A stretch of 62,050 nt of DNA, counting the filler, from Diploschistes diacapsis (Eukaryota), in assembly GCA_023645945.1 (NCBI GenBank). It is 9 parts of 9 records of this genome, joined end to end, with 100 filler letters (N's around TTAATTAATTAA, not from the genome) between each part and the next. Parts side by side here need not be neighbours in the genome. Positions count along the whole stretch, not along the records: positions 1 to 26,778 come from JALAIB010000172.1; 8 more parts are not named here. The stretch is one strand, 5' to 3'. Position numbers and translations under genes: made by a program. This document shows, piece by piece, positions 11,399 through 24,090 of the stretch. Below the pieces are notes generated by a model that saw nothing but the letters and a program-made list of their open reading frames with translations, was not told where the DNA came from and did no database searches. Numbering within the stretch: the stretch's first letter is position 1; each line of letters starts with the position of its first letter.

Positions 11399-12020
11399 TA
11401 ACCCTCTACCAAAAAGTCAAGTATACCTTCACCAAACTCTTCGGTCTCTAGCAAGGAATTCCAAAAGGGCATTCATGACGGATCCTCATAAAGATGTACG
11501 TGCGCCACCTTAATGATGATACGCCTTAATTGCGCGTGACCATCATCCATACACCCGAACACTTCACGGGTGCAATCAAGAAGCTCCTCCTCTGTACAAT
11601 TTTCTTGCAGATTAGGTTCAAGGTTTCGAAGAGCGAGTGTCTGCAACTCGTGCAGTTCGAGTTGACTAGCAAGTAAAAATACTCTCAGGTGGATCAAGAA
11701 TGGTGGTTCGTCCGCTATCAATTTGTTTATCCGCCATTCAGGCACCAATGAGAAGGACTCTTACCAAAGTCTTGAAGGGCCGTGATTGGATCGTATGAAT
11801 AACTCTTTTGGTATATGTAGGTGAATACACGCCAAATCGAATGTACGCTAGCAGAGGACCAGTTTAGCGGTCATACTTCGCCGGCTGAGAAGACCCCGAG
11901 TTTGTTTTTGAAAAAGGGACACTGAGTCTCCAAGATGATGCAATGAACAGGTAATTCGACTCCAGTCTTTCCTAGTCTAATGGTAAGGTCAGAAAATTTG
12001 TGGTTGTTAAACTAGCTGTC
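11399..12020 (-). pseudogene. BTB/POZ-domain pseudogene
   Basis: The minus strand reads FNNHKFSDLTIRLGKTGVELPVHCIILETQCPFFK...GEV*PLNW..SIWRVFTYIYQKSY (stop at 11871-11873), an intron, then LIHLRVFLLASQLELHELQTLA...LRRIIIKVA and a frame-shifted tail FWNSLLETEEFGEGILDFLVEG*. The first exon upstream is unclear. Confidence 0.75.
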
Positions 12021-12683
12021 CTACTATCAGCTACTTAGCGCAAGCACTAGGATTAATACGTTGCCAACTATGGCCTGGTATTGCGTGTTCCACGTTATTC
12101 GAATGTAAGGGTTCGATATTAAAGGACGAATCTAGCGTCCAAAGCCTCAAGTCCGAGACTTGTATTGCATACAGTTGGCATAGAAGACATGGCTTGTTCG
12201 GTTTGTTGTTATCTGGATGATATAATAAAATGCTATAGCTCAAAGGCGGAGCCAGAGAATTTATAAGCAGATTTCTATCTGGGGTCTTCCCACTTCAGGT
12301 CCTAGTCCACTTCAGGTCCCTTCTTATAACTCTTGCCCCGAAGTTCTGAGTTGTGTCCAATTCTGCCCCATATCCACTGTCCATTTCTGCCCAGTTGACT
12401 TCTGCCTAGTGACTAGGAAAACAGCTCGAAGAGTGTCGCATTGTAGAACTTCGCATGACGTTGGATATATCAGAGTGAGGGAAAAGATGCTGAGAAGAAT
12501 GTTAGAAAAATGAGCGTACTATTGTCGAAACAAAAGAATTTGCCACCTTTGCTTCGTCAAATCTTGATGTACAGGCAATTGCCAGAGCTAATTCGTAAGA
12601 TAGCCTTCCAGCTGACACAGTCAAAGCATATCACAAGATCCCTGAGCCTCCACCTTTCAGGCTGATCTGCTTGCATTAAGATG

Positions 12684-13447
12684 TCAATTATCACGTCTGA
12701 TGGCTATCCGCTTCCCATGCATCCATCCCAATGCGCCAACTGTACGACCGTCATCTGGAAAGAAAGTTGTTTCGGTTTCGGTCTCAGAAGGCCATGTTGT
12801 CCAAGACGAATGTTGCTCCTCTGTAGAGCCGGCTGAAGCTCCATTTTGACTAAGAATGCTTCCGAGGGGAAATGTTGGTGGGATCAGCATATTGAGAATT
12901 TTGGTGGTCTGTGTCTTGGTCTTTTTCTTTTTCCCTGATTGAGATGTGGTAAATATGGTAACAATTACCATTACGTGACTTGAGAGTATTTCACAAGGAC
13001 CTTCGAGTCTCTTAATTCTCGCATCAGCGGCTGCAAAGCCGGGGCGAAGAACTAAAGTCGAAGGTGCTTCTAAGAGCGGGACGGCAATACCGTCGTCTTC
13101 AACATCAATGGTGCGGTTGGCTGCATTGTTTGGGTTCCATAGTCTAAGATCAATGTCTTTACCATCCAGCATTAGTGACCAGTGGCGAGTGCGAGGAATA
13201 TATGCTTGGGGCTTTTCTTTACGGACTCGGGTGATCAATTCGTCAACGAATAGGCGCAGAGTCTGCCCAATATCAGCGGTTCATTCCCGTCGAAATTCAT
13301 TTATAATTTTACTGATTCTGTGGCTACATCAATACCAGTTGCAGAGTAAGTCGTTGACAAATCTGAGAAACGAAAGCAGACGCTTAGTTTTGAAAGGCGC
13401 ATTCTTTCTTCTAAGAGAAGCGGCGGCGCATCAGAAGTATATGGCAT
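12684..13447 (-). CDS. Hypothetical protein, two exons, Starship cargo
   Basis: MPYTSDAPPLLLEER... (ATG 13447), a probable short intron near 13280-13312, then ..IGQTLRLFVDELITRVRK... in the 12684-13238 frame. No family recognised. Confidence 0.5.
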
Positions 13448-13725
13448 GGTAATCGGTTGTTTTTGAAATGTCCTTAATCGATGAATTGATATACCATTGA
13501 GATTATCGCTTGAAATAATATAAACTACAGTTGTCGCATGGTATGGTAATGATGTCATGATGACGTTGCTGAACCAAGGTTATGTCTGAGCCATACCAAA
13601 GTCTTCCAGATTTTGGAGGACATTATGTTCGGTCCTCGTTTCTCCTATTCATCAACCATACCCGCATCTGTCAACTTTCTTTTGAACCTCAGTATTCCTT
13701 ACGCCCGTCATCTCTGTATTACAGA

Positions 13726-16161
13726 ATGTTGTCAGAAGATAGCAACCGACTTGAAAAGATCGACAGATTATACTCCCTACGGCTCGATAAATATGTTCCC
13801 TTACCTATGGTAAGATCACTTTCCATTGATCAATAGCTTGACAGCTGACTGATGATGCATACAGCTTGTCGTAGTAGGTGACCAGTCTAGCGGCAAGAGC
13901 TCTGTCCTCGAGGGGCTCACTGGCCTGCCTTTTCCTCGGGATGCTGGTCTCTGTACTCGGTTCCCCACTCAAGTGGTCTTCAAACGTTCTGTAACAAAAA
14001 GGATTGAAATTAGTATCATACCAGCCAGCGTTAACAACAGTTATGATGAGAAAGTGACTGGCCACTGGGAAGTTGACGACTTGAACCATGAAAACTTCCT
14101 CAAATATCTTTCGAAGGTAATTCCCTAAAAATATCCAAGAAGATCGAACTGCTTATTCTTATCAGGCATGTGAGTGCATGGGGGTACCTTCTGTAGGAGC
14201 CTCTGCGGAAAATTCTCTTAAGTCGTTCTCGCGTGATATCCTGAAAATCGAAATGTCAGGCCCGGATTTTGAGCATTTCAGTGTGGTAGATTTACCGGGC
14301 ATTTTTCGGAGTATGTTATCCGAATCTTGCAGAGTCTGCATGCTCATCCGTTAGCGCCAACACCAGGGAAAACCACCAAAGAGGACATGCCATTCATTAA
14401 GGAAATGATAGGAGATTATATTCAAAATGAACGGTGCATAATACTGTAAGAGCATCCAGACGCAGTAGAGACAATCGCTAAGATTCGTGCAGAGCTGTCG
14501 TCCCTGCCAATGTTGACATAGCTACTCAAGAAATTGTCCAAATGGCGGAGGACGCAGACAGGGAAGGCATAAGGACATTAGCCGTCCTGACCAAACCAGA
14601 TCTTGTAGATAAAGGAGCCGAAGATAAGGTTCGCCCCAGTATTCTTTCAATAAAGATCGATGATAATAAAATTTGACAGGTTTTGGATCTAGTCCTTGGG
14701 CGAGGGGGACACTTTCGGCTTGGCTATACTGTTGTGTGCAATCGAAGTCAGAGCAACCTGGACGTCGACCTAGCACAAAGAAATAAGGCAGAGGCCTCCT
14801 TCTTTCTCGCAAAACCTTGGAGCGCTGTTCCAGCTGATCGGGCTGGGATAGGTGCCCTTAAACTTCGGCTGGATAAACTACTTGTAGAGCTGACTAGGCA
14901 GGAATTCCGTAACGTCTCCAAAGATATCAGCCAGGCCATACAAGGTTGCTACAAACGGCTTGAAGATTTGGGACCGGAAAGATCTAATAAAACAGAGCAA
15001 AGAAATTTTCTGCTTCGAATCGCTACGTCTTTCCAAAATCTAACCTCACACGCCCTTGATGCTTATTACTGGCGAGATGACTGCTTTGCTAGCGAAGATG
15101 AGCTTCGACTTGCTACTGTTGTTAAGAGGCTCCAGGAAGAATTTTCCAATACAATGCGTAAGAATGGTCATATACGTGGTTTTCAGAACTCCAGCTCCGT
15201 AAAACGTGCGACCACAACATCAGAATCAGGTTATAAACAGGCATCGAAAACTATGGATGGGTTGCCTGATGTCCTCGAGACAACTGACGCATCGGATCTT
15301 GAAGAGATTGATCATCAAAGTCATCTGTCTTCCACAGCACTAAACCCAGAGTTGCAAAATGAGCTATTTCTTGCCTTAGCGACAGTTCCGAAGCTTCTGG
15401 AAATGCCAACCGATGGCATCTACGACTGGATTAGACGAGAATATGACCGTTCCAAAGGGTTCGAGATAGGCACAATCAATCCCTCTGTATTGCCTGTGCT
15501 TTATCATGAACAGATTAAGAATTGGCGTTCTATTACAAAATCTCATATCAACGAGGTCATTAAGGCAACGCATTATTTTATTTACGCCCTACTTAGCCAC
15601 GTATGCCCCGATCCTGCGATACGAAAGAAATTCTGGGGGTACCTGCTTGGTCCTGTGCTTGCTTCTTACAAAAACGCAATCGACCATGTTGATATGCTTT
15701 TGCAGATTGAGGAGACTGGGAATATGAGGACTCTGAATCACTATTTTGCGATAACGCGAAAGCGGCTCCAGCTCGCCCGGATTCAACGACGATTTGCGAA
15801 GTCTAAAACCTGGGAAACTAAGGACGAAAAAGAGCCACTCATACGGATGAAAGATGTGCTGGATATCCATCTAAGCAATGAGGACCAAGCTGTGGAGGAC
15901 CTTCATGACATACTGCGCTCTTACTACAAATTGTCCCGAAAGCAGTTCGTTGATGCTATCTCCAAAGGGGCTGTGGATTTTCTGCTGTTGACCGTGAAGG
16001 ATGGGCCTCTAAGGGTGTGTTCGCCTGAGTTTGTGGGTGCACTTCCCGACAAGGACCTGGAGCAAATAGCAGGTGAAAGTACTGAAGATATTTCAGTGAG
16101 AGCTAATCTTGCACGAGAACTCTCAGTTCTGCAAGAAGGTCAGAAGATTTTAGGTGCCTAG
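13726..16161 (+). CDS. Dynamin-family (Mx-like) large GTPase with GED
   Basis: Six exons give G1 [32 protein letters not shown]3 VVDLPG, G4 LTKPD, then LGYTVVCNR and the GED-like [18 protein letters not shown]. No stops seen. An upstream in-frame ATG exists at 13582. Confidence 0.92.
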
Positions 16162-17127
16162 CGGTACAAACTGAACCAAGCTCTGGCTTTGAATCGTCGA
16201 GAATCTCAGAGTTAGTTCTCAGTAGGTATATTATGGAGCAATGCCTGTATTTCCTTTAACGATGGATTTCGAGCCACGATCTTATAATCAAAAAGGAGAT
16301 CAACTTGCGATTAGATCAAGAAATGGTCGAATCTTAAGCTTCGATATTAATCGTATAATACTTGAACTTGATATATAAACACTCAGCGTAGTTGTGGGTC
16401 TGTTAGCAGTCAGTATATATATTACTAGGGTATCGCCACCTCAGTCACTGAGGTAGCCATCGGCCAGTGTTGCTTGTGTACGCTATTTTGTTTTATACTA
16501 AAATCTACTATATACGAATAACAATCGTGTAAAAAGACCCATCTATATATTCTAGCGAACTACTAACGCCAGGTCCGTTTAATTTAGCTAGGTAGGATAT
16601 ATTCATTTTAGCTATTCCATCCATTGCCGTGGGAAATATTAAAACTATCGCCGCAGTTATACTTTTCTCAAGGCTATCTTAACATGTAGAGGTAAAAGGG
16701 ATATTAATTATATCCAGATATTATTTATATCGAGGGTAAGTATGGATAAGCGTAGGTACCCGGTTGCACGAGAATGACGCAGTCGCGACGGTAGGGCAGC
16801 CATTATCCTAGTCTGAAAGAGGGGTGATGTCGACGCAGGTTCCTGTTCACTTGGCGGTGGCGGGGCGCGCTCCCTGGCCCCTCTGCCTCCGGACTTGCGA
16901 CGCTTATATACCATCATGCACCTAACGTCACGCATAGGCTCCGACATATTCGCCAGCTCTTTGTCTTCTTTTACCCCTATAATCTCCGTTCAAACCGCCT
17001 CCAGCGCGGTTCATCACCTAAACACAAAGACCTGTCCCTTTCCCCTGTCTCACCCAACCTAGCCTCGGGTTTCAGCACGTTGCGCCGAAACTCCTGCGAA
17101 AAGCAGAAAGGTAGCACGCTTACGAGG

Positions 17128-17914
17128 ATGGGCAATCGGTTAGTCCACTTCTCTTACACATGTGAAGCGAGTCCAGGGGCATCATGCAGGCTCTTGGTAT
17201 CAACTCAAAACAACGACAGGACTAGCTAACACTATGCGCAGTCCTTCGAAGCTTTCGAAAGAAGAGCTTCTTCAGCTCCAAGCGGATACGCGTTTCGATA
17301 AGAAGGAGCTGCAGCAGTGGTATAAAGGTCGGCTGGCCTTGATATCTATTCTATGATGCCATTGGCGCTCATCTAATATAGGGTTCTTAAAGGACTGCCC
17401 TTCCGGTAAGCTGTCCGAAGAGGGCTTCCAGAACATATATAAGCAGTTCTTCCCGAATGGCGACTCTTCGGAATTCGCATCGAAAGTGTTCCATGTCTTC
17501 GACAGAGACGGCTCGGGCGAGATAGACTTCAAGGAGTTCATTTGCGCGCTGAGCATAACTTCGAGAGGGAGTGTGGAGGACAAGCTCGAGTGGGCATTCC
17601 AGCTGTACGATCTGGATAAGGACGGGAAGATATCTTTCAACGAGATGCTGGAGATTGTGAAGGCCATTTACAAAATGGTGAGTCTTTGCAAATCATGATC
17701 CCAGACCGTACTATGCTAACAGGAGCTTTTGCAGGTCGGATCCATGGTTCAGCTTCCGGAAGACGAATCCACACCCGAGAAGCGGGTCAGGAAGATCTTC
17801 CGCATGATGGACAAGGATGAGAATGGCTTCTTGGACAAGCAGGAGTTCAAGGAAGGAAGCCAACGAGACGAGAGCATTGTTTCCGCTCTCTCCCTTTACG
17901 ATGGTCTGGTTTAG
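17128..17914 (+). CDS. FRQ1: Frequenin / neuronal calcium sensor-1
   Basis: MGN N-terminus (myristoylation Gly), [20 protein letters not shown], and EF-hand loops [24 protein letters not shown] and [13 protein letters not shown]-terminus [10 protein letters not shown]; three introns. Confidence 0.95.
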
Positions 17915-19074
17915 GTTTATATTCTGGGTTGGCTTTGGGGCTAGGCTTTGTGAAATTATGCCTAGTTGTATATCTACCTTTCACAGTTTGGAATACCCAG
18001 GGTTGTTGGCCGTTTCGCTTTGAGAAAATCATATCGTGCAACACGCATGTGAACTGGCGCGGGTTATTCAATTCCTGATGCTTTCCGTTGGCCGCACTGT
18101 CTACTGATATTCAAGGCTATTGCGCCTTGGATTCGGTCGGGATGGATTCTTGAGAGCGATGCCAACGAGATGGGAATGCAAAAAGACTCGGAATTGTCTG
18201 TGAAATGCTATAGAGGTCACCTTCGAAGAGCCTTTTGAGAAGACGTGTTGTTGCTACCTGCTGTTGCCTACTGGACGCTTGGATGTTGAGAAGTCTGTAT
18301 TCATGATTCTATTACGCCCACGATTGATACAAGCCATGGTATACCACGACCCAACGTCCCATTCGCGATCGAAGAATTGGCTTGAGACGTCACTTGAGCC
18401 AGGGCCTGGATTCCCATGTTTGAGTGGGTTTCCTAATAATAGATTGCTGTATTGCGAAGCTACCACGACATGGCAATTGAAAAAGAAGTTCAATTCGCCC
18501 CCTATTTCAAGGTTTGGCAACTATCGTAGGTACTAGGTATGTACTAGTTGCTTTGAGCCATATCTAAACCTTCCCTTATAAACCTTGCCTTGTCCCATCA
18601 GATCGCCTTATCCACATTCAAGGTCATGGTCCCTATACTTAGTACCGCGCATATATGCTGCGTCCCAACAGATCATCGAATACTAGGTGATCCGGTAGAG
18701 AAGGTAGATTCTCATCGCTCAGGAATTGGTTGGATTGCTTGGGATGACATTAGAGGAGCTGATATGGGACATTGGATGCATACGGTAGCCTGGCTTACTG
18801 CTTACTGACGAGGACGAGGTTGTGACAATTGATGATTTGATTCAGCGGTTCACCAGAGAGAGCGGCAGGGATTAAATCCGATTGGCTGAGGTGATCTGAA
18901 GTGAAGCTGGCCAAAAAAGTACCAGGCCAGTGTCGCTCTTTTCTCATCACCTTCATCAATGATGCGGAATCGCTAGTCCTCAAGGGACTGGATACTCGAA
19001 TTTCACTTGGCTGTTGACCCTGTCTTTGGGGGATTTTTTCTAACATCATCTACTCCGCACCGGGAAGAGACGCA

Positions 19075-21139
19075 ATGGAAGGCAGCTCAGTGTTCAGCAT
19101 TCGGTGGCTGGCCGCAACTTTGTGTTCTTTCTTGCTCCTCTCGCCTCTGGCATCTGCCTTCTACCTTCCGGGCGTTGCGCCTACATCTTATGAAGAAGGG
19201 GACTTGGTACCTCTGCATGTTAATAGGGTCATACCCGTACAGTCCGATGATGACCAGCAGCTGCATTCCGCAGTTTCCTATGACTACTACAACCGCTTGT
19301 TTCACTTCTGCAGGCCGGACGATTCAAAAGGAGGTGTGCAGGATGTTGGTCCCGAGTCGCTTGGCGCAGTGCTGTTCGGGGATCGCATAAAGACTTCGCC
19401 TTTCGAATTGAAGATGAAGAAAAATGAAACCTGCAAGAGACTATGCAACGAGCAGGTGTTCAAACCGCGAGGTGCTAAGTTCTTCAACAACCGAATAAAG
19501 CAGAATTACGCATATAGTTGGCTAGTCGACGGTCTACCCGCAGGACAGCAGTACCTGAGTCCTAGCGGCCAGATATACTATAGCCGAGGGTTTCCTCTGG
19601 GCAAGCATGAGGGTACCCAGACTCCTCAGGTCTACAATCACTACGACATCGTGATAGACTACCATGATGTTGGAAAAGATAAGTACCGCGTTGTCGGTGT
19701 CGTTGTTCAACCAGGATCTGCAAGAGACTCGAAGACCATCGAGAATGACGGCGTCGAATGTGGCGATGTGACAAGGGAGGAAAACGCCCTTAGGCTCAAT
19801 GAGGTTGGCGACACGTCTGTCACGTGGACATATAGTGTCTTTTGGAGACCGTCGCGCGTCGCTTGGGCTGTCCGTTGGGATACCTACCTCCATGTCGATG
19901 ACCCAAAGATCCATTGGTTCTCGCTCATCAACTCCACAGTCATTGTCTTTTTCCTTGTAGGAACAGTGTCTGCAATCTTGACGAGGGCATTGAGAAAGGA
20001 CTTCGCCCGATACAACAGGCTCGACACGTTCAACTTGGATGATTTTTCCGCTGCTGATGACCCAGATGAGGCTGTCCAGGAGGACTCTGGATGGAAGCTC
20101 GTACATGGAGATGTCTTTAGGCCACCTCCGAACGCTCTCCTACTGAGCGTTTTCCTCGGCAATGGTGCTCAGCTTTTCCTAATGACCGGCATCACAATCA
20201 TTTTTGCCTTGTTTGGCTTCCTCTCGCCTTCGAACCGAGGATCCTTGGGTACTGCCGTTCTTGTGCTGTATACTATTCTGGGTTTCGTTGGTGGCTACGT
20301 TTCCGCTCGCACGTACAAGACCTTCGGAGGAGAAGCGTGGAAGCGCAACATCACTGTGACCCCGGTGTTCGTTCCCGGCGTCGTCTTCAGCGTCTTCTTT
20401 ACACTAAATTTCTTCCTGTGGATCCGAGGTTCCAGTAACGCCGTACCATTTTCCACTATGCTTGTTCTTGTGGGACTATGGTTCCTAATCACTCTGCCAC
20501 TCAGTATCGCAGGAAGCTGGGCTGGGTTCAGACAGCCGGTATGCACCACATCCCTGAATGAAGTCCCTGACTGACAGCATCCAGCCCTTCTCATCGCCTG
20601 TACGTACAAATCAGATTCCGCGCCAAATTCCTCCAATGCATTCCTACCTCCGCCCACTTTCCTCAATGCTATGGGTCGGCTCGCTTCCCTTCGGAGCCAT
20701 TTTCGTCGAGCTTTTCTTCGTCATGAACAGCATCTGGTTCGATAAGATCTACTACATGTTCGGATTTCTGTTTCTGTGCTACGGGATCACGATCATTACC
20801 TGCGCTGCAGTGACCGTAATGTTTGTCTACTATCTCTTGTGCGCAGAGAACTACCGATGGCAATGGAGGGCCTTCAATAGCGCCGGAGCCGGCGCAGCGT
20901 TCGTCTTCATGTTTTCGCTCATATACTGGGTCTGGAAATTGCGGTTCGCCGGCCTTACTTCTGTCGTGCTTTACGTCGGTTACAGCTCCCTGATCAGTTT
21001 CTTGTTCTACATATTAACAGGTACGTATGGTGCTCCAACACAATTTCAGCCCACTAAACCATCTTGTGTAGGAACTATTGGGTTCTTCTCGAGCTGGGCG
21101 TTTATACACAGGATCTACAGATCCATTCGCATAGATTGA
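19075..21139 (+). CDS. EMP70: Endomembrane protein 70 / TM9SF nonaspanin
   Basis: Signal peptide followed by FYLPGVAPTSY, IHWFSLINS, EDSGWKLVHGDVFRPP and PVRTNQIPRQIP; C-terminus IYRSIRID; two introns. Confidence 0.95.
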
Positions 21140-21684
21140 GCCGCGAAGTTGTTCAACTTGTACTATATGTATTTTTCTCCATGACAGCGAATGCATACGG
21201 GATTTGTTGGGGCTGTTTTTGCGTCGGGATAACAGCTTTGTCTAGTCTCGACATTAAATGTTACAAAAGTTTTCAACTTTTACGGGCGCTTTTCAGCGAG
21301 GTGTTACGCTGTTGTAAGAGTCATAAGATACTCATAGCTGCTTGAGCGCGTTGCGGCTTAAAATATTCTGCCCCTCGATAAACCCCACAACCGGATCATA
21401 TCTCCTGTCTACACATCCTCGAGCTCCTGCAACCATACCTTGTGAATCTAGTTGCTTGATTGTTGTTGTTCACCGACTCTTCCTATACCCTGACCCTTTG
21501 TTTATTAGGGTTGAACGATTCTTAGCTTCTCAGCAGTCCTGGGTGTTCTTCACGACCAGTCTATTCCGATCTTTATACGGTTCTATTCGTCATCAACGCG
21601 GAGACATATTAGCCTTTCAGCTTCACCCTTTCACATATTTGACCGCTTCGTCGGTGGTTCGGCGACTGCTGGGCTTTTCGAATA

Positions 21685-22335
21685 ATGGCAGGCTCCGCAG
21701 CGGCGGGCCTCCTGGGCCGCCAACTCAAGCAGATGCAAACAGACAAAGACATACCGGGCATAAGCTGCGGCCTGGTCGCCAACAACGTTTTCGAATGGGA
21801 AGTGATGCTGATGATCTCCGACGAGTGCAAATACTACGGTGGTAGGAGCAGGACATCCGAATAAGCGAGTTGGCACAGGAAGGTTGATCTCCCTTGTTTC
21901 TAGGAGGTTTCTTTCGAGCGACGCTGAAGTTTCCCGAGGCGTATCCCCTCTTGCCGCCGAAGATGAAGTTCGAATCTCCGATATTCCATCCAAACGGTCA
22001 GTTCTAGCGCTTCTCAGCTTCCACACCTCTTTTTTTCATACTCGGAGCGAGGCAAGTGCGCTGATGCAGCTCTCTTAGTCTATCCGAATGGCGAGGTCTG
22101 CATATCTATATTACACCCACCAGAGGAAGACAAGTTCGGCTACGAGTCCGCGTCGGAACGATGGTCGCCTGTCCAGACTCCCGAGACGATTCTCCTCAGC
22201 GTCATCTCCATGCTCAGCAGTCCAAACGACGAGAGCCCGGCAAACGTAGAGGCAGCAAGGATGTGGAGGGAAGATCCGAAAGAGTTTCGAAGGAAGTGTC
22301 GAATCAATGTACGGGCTAGTCTTGGTGACGAATAG
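21685..22335 (+). CDS. Ubiquitin-conjugating enzyme E2, UBE2G1/Ubc7-like family
   Basis: MAGSAAAGLLGRQLKQMQTDKDIPGISCGL..VFEWEV / GFFRATLKFPEAYPLLPPKMKFESPIFHPN / VYPNGEVCISILHPPEEDKFGYESASERWSPVQT; two introns. Confidence 0.92.
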
Positions 22336-23162
22336 GTGGCAATGGTCCAAGGAGTAGGGAAGAGGGTAAGAGGGCAGTTTTGCACATAGTGGGCCACATA
22401 TTTGGTTATCGACTCTCTCGAACGACAGAACGCTGCAAATATGGATATTTACCACGTCTCGAGTGTTATCTACGCGTCTTGATGAGCTTCATGGGTAAAT
22501 ACATTTTACTTGACCCGAACTTCACAGACCAGCTCCTGAACATATAAGCTTCGAGGATCTCGCGTAGCCTCAGCGGTTTGTCGGTTCTAGTAGCAGGGTC
22601 TCAACGGCCCCTCTCTGAAGTTCTATGTCCTTTTCTTCGCCTGGTGCTCCCTAGTACGTGTTAATTGAACAACTCGGCCATGAAGGATAGTTGCAACTAA
22701 TGAAGGCGGGTGGCGTCTCGATGTTTATCAGCCTCGCTCCATAGCTTTTGATACATTGGTAGAGGTTCCTGTGCATCTCGCGAATATTTGTTCCGAACCT
22801 GATAACTGGGAGTGTGTTTTCAAGGTAAAGAAGCGATTATGGGTGGAAAAAATATACTTTGGTGATAGAGGCAAGTTACACTTCACGAAGAAGGAAAGAG
22901 CATGCTTATCCAGCGAAAAGAGGTCCTTAGATAGGCAAAGGTTGGTCTAAGATATGGAATGATGAACGCGCTCCCTAGTCAGTGCTGATGTGGTGGTAAT
23001 CTGATCATTTGATGATGTTTGTTATGCTGGATAGCACTCCAATCGTCCAGTCACCTTCACTATCGATATACATATAGTCTGAAGCTCTTCCAGTTTCTTT
23101 GTTGACTTATCAATTATTAATGCACAATCATTCAGCTCTTCCCAACACTATATTTAACACAA

Positions 23163-24090
23163 TCAGTCACTTCGATCCTCCGCCGGGCTCCCCCCGCCTT
23201 CATGGAACTCAGAGAACAGTCGCCCTTTCAAGTTCTTTATCTCACTTCTGATGACCTCTCTGTCCGCTTTCATGATAACGGCTTCCACAGCCGCAACAAT
23301 CTCCTTGAGCTTCTCCGTAGTCCGCTTTTGCTCCTCTTGGGACCACACAGCTTTACCCCCCTTACCGTTTCCGCTCCGGTCAGTGGACTGTGGTTGTTGC
23401 TGACCACTTTCCTCCCTCCTGAAATCATCAAACATCTTGACGACTTTTGCGGATGACTTTTCGATCAATGTTGTTTCCTCGGTGCCGCAAGACTGCTCCC
23501 GGAAGAATCCGACACAGTAAAGAGCACTCCTCAGCGAGGCATACGACCGCACTACCTCCTCGACATAGTATGGCATCATATCCTCAGCCGCCCTCGCACC
23601 TACACGAGTCAGCTAAGTACGCGTCCGTGCGGTGGCAGGAGGCAACAGTACCGCCACAATATCGCTGAAAGTCCATCATCAACGCAACCATGTTCTCCAT
23701 GTCCTGAAACCTGCTTTCCAGTCGCAGAAGCGCCGCAATACTCCCCTCCGTCAGCTGCGGCCGCTCAGCCGGCTCATCATCCTCCGAATCGCTCTCCGAA
23801 AGAGGAGCTCTCGACATCGAAGGCGAGTAGGGCGGCGTGTGCGCTCTCGAGCCGCTTGGGTGCGCTCTTGTCGACGGCTCCGCGTGATGGGACCGAAGCG
23901 CTTCGAAGCTCGATTCGGCAGATAGCGCTGCGCTTCGCTGTGACTTGCGGTTGGAGTGTGGCTTTTCTCCATGGTAGGGGCTAGTCCTGCTGGAGGCGGG
24001 CCTTCGTGATGTTGAAGCCTGCTTGTCGGATGCAGGACGTGACGGCAGCACGGCTGTCTTTCCGCTTTTCGAGCCGGCCATGGTTTTCAT
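23163..24090 (-). CDS. Hypothetical protein (Ser/Arg-rich N-terminus, helical C-terminus), one intron
   Basis: ORFs 23584-24090 and 23163-23579 are joined by a GTACTG...CTGAC...TAG intron at ~23600-23651. Confidence 0.6.

Larger units (their letters stand above)
1180..16465 (+). mobile_element. Starship-like giant transposon, probably non-autonomous; boundaries tentative
   Basis: The first gene is a DUF3435-type tyrosine recombinase, followed by accessory cargo (BTB, MYND, ankyrin remnant, dynamin-like GTPase). It lies between RIP-mutated repeats on the left and conserved housekeeping genes on the right. The ends are guessed from weak inverted motifs GGCCGGTTGG (1180) and CCATCGGCC (16457-16465). 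Confidence 0.7.
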
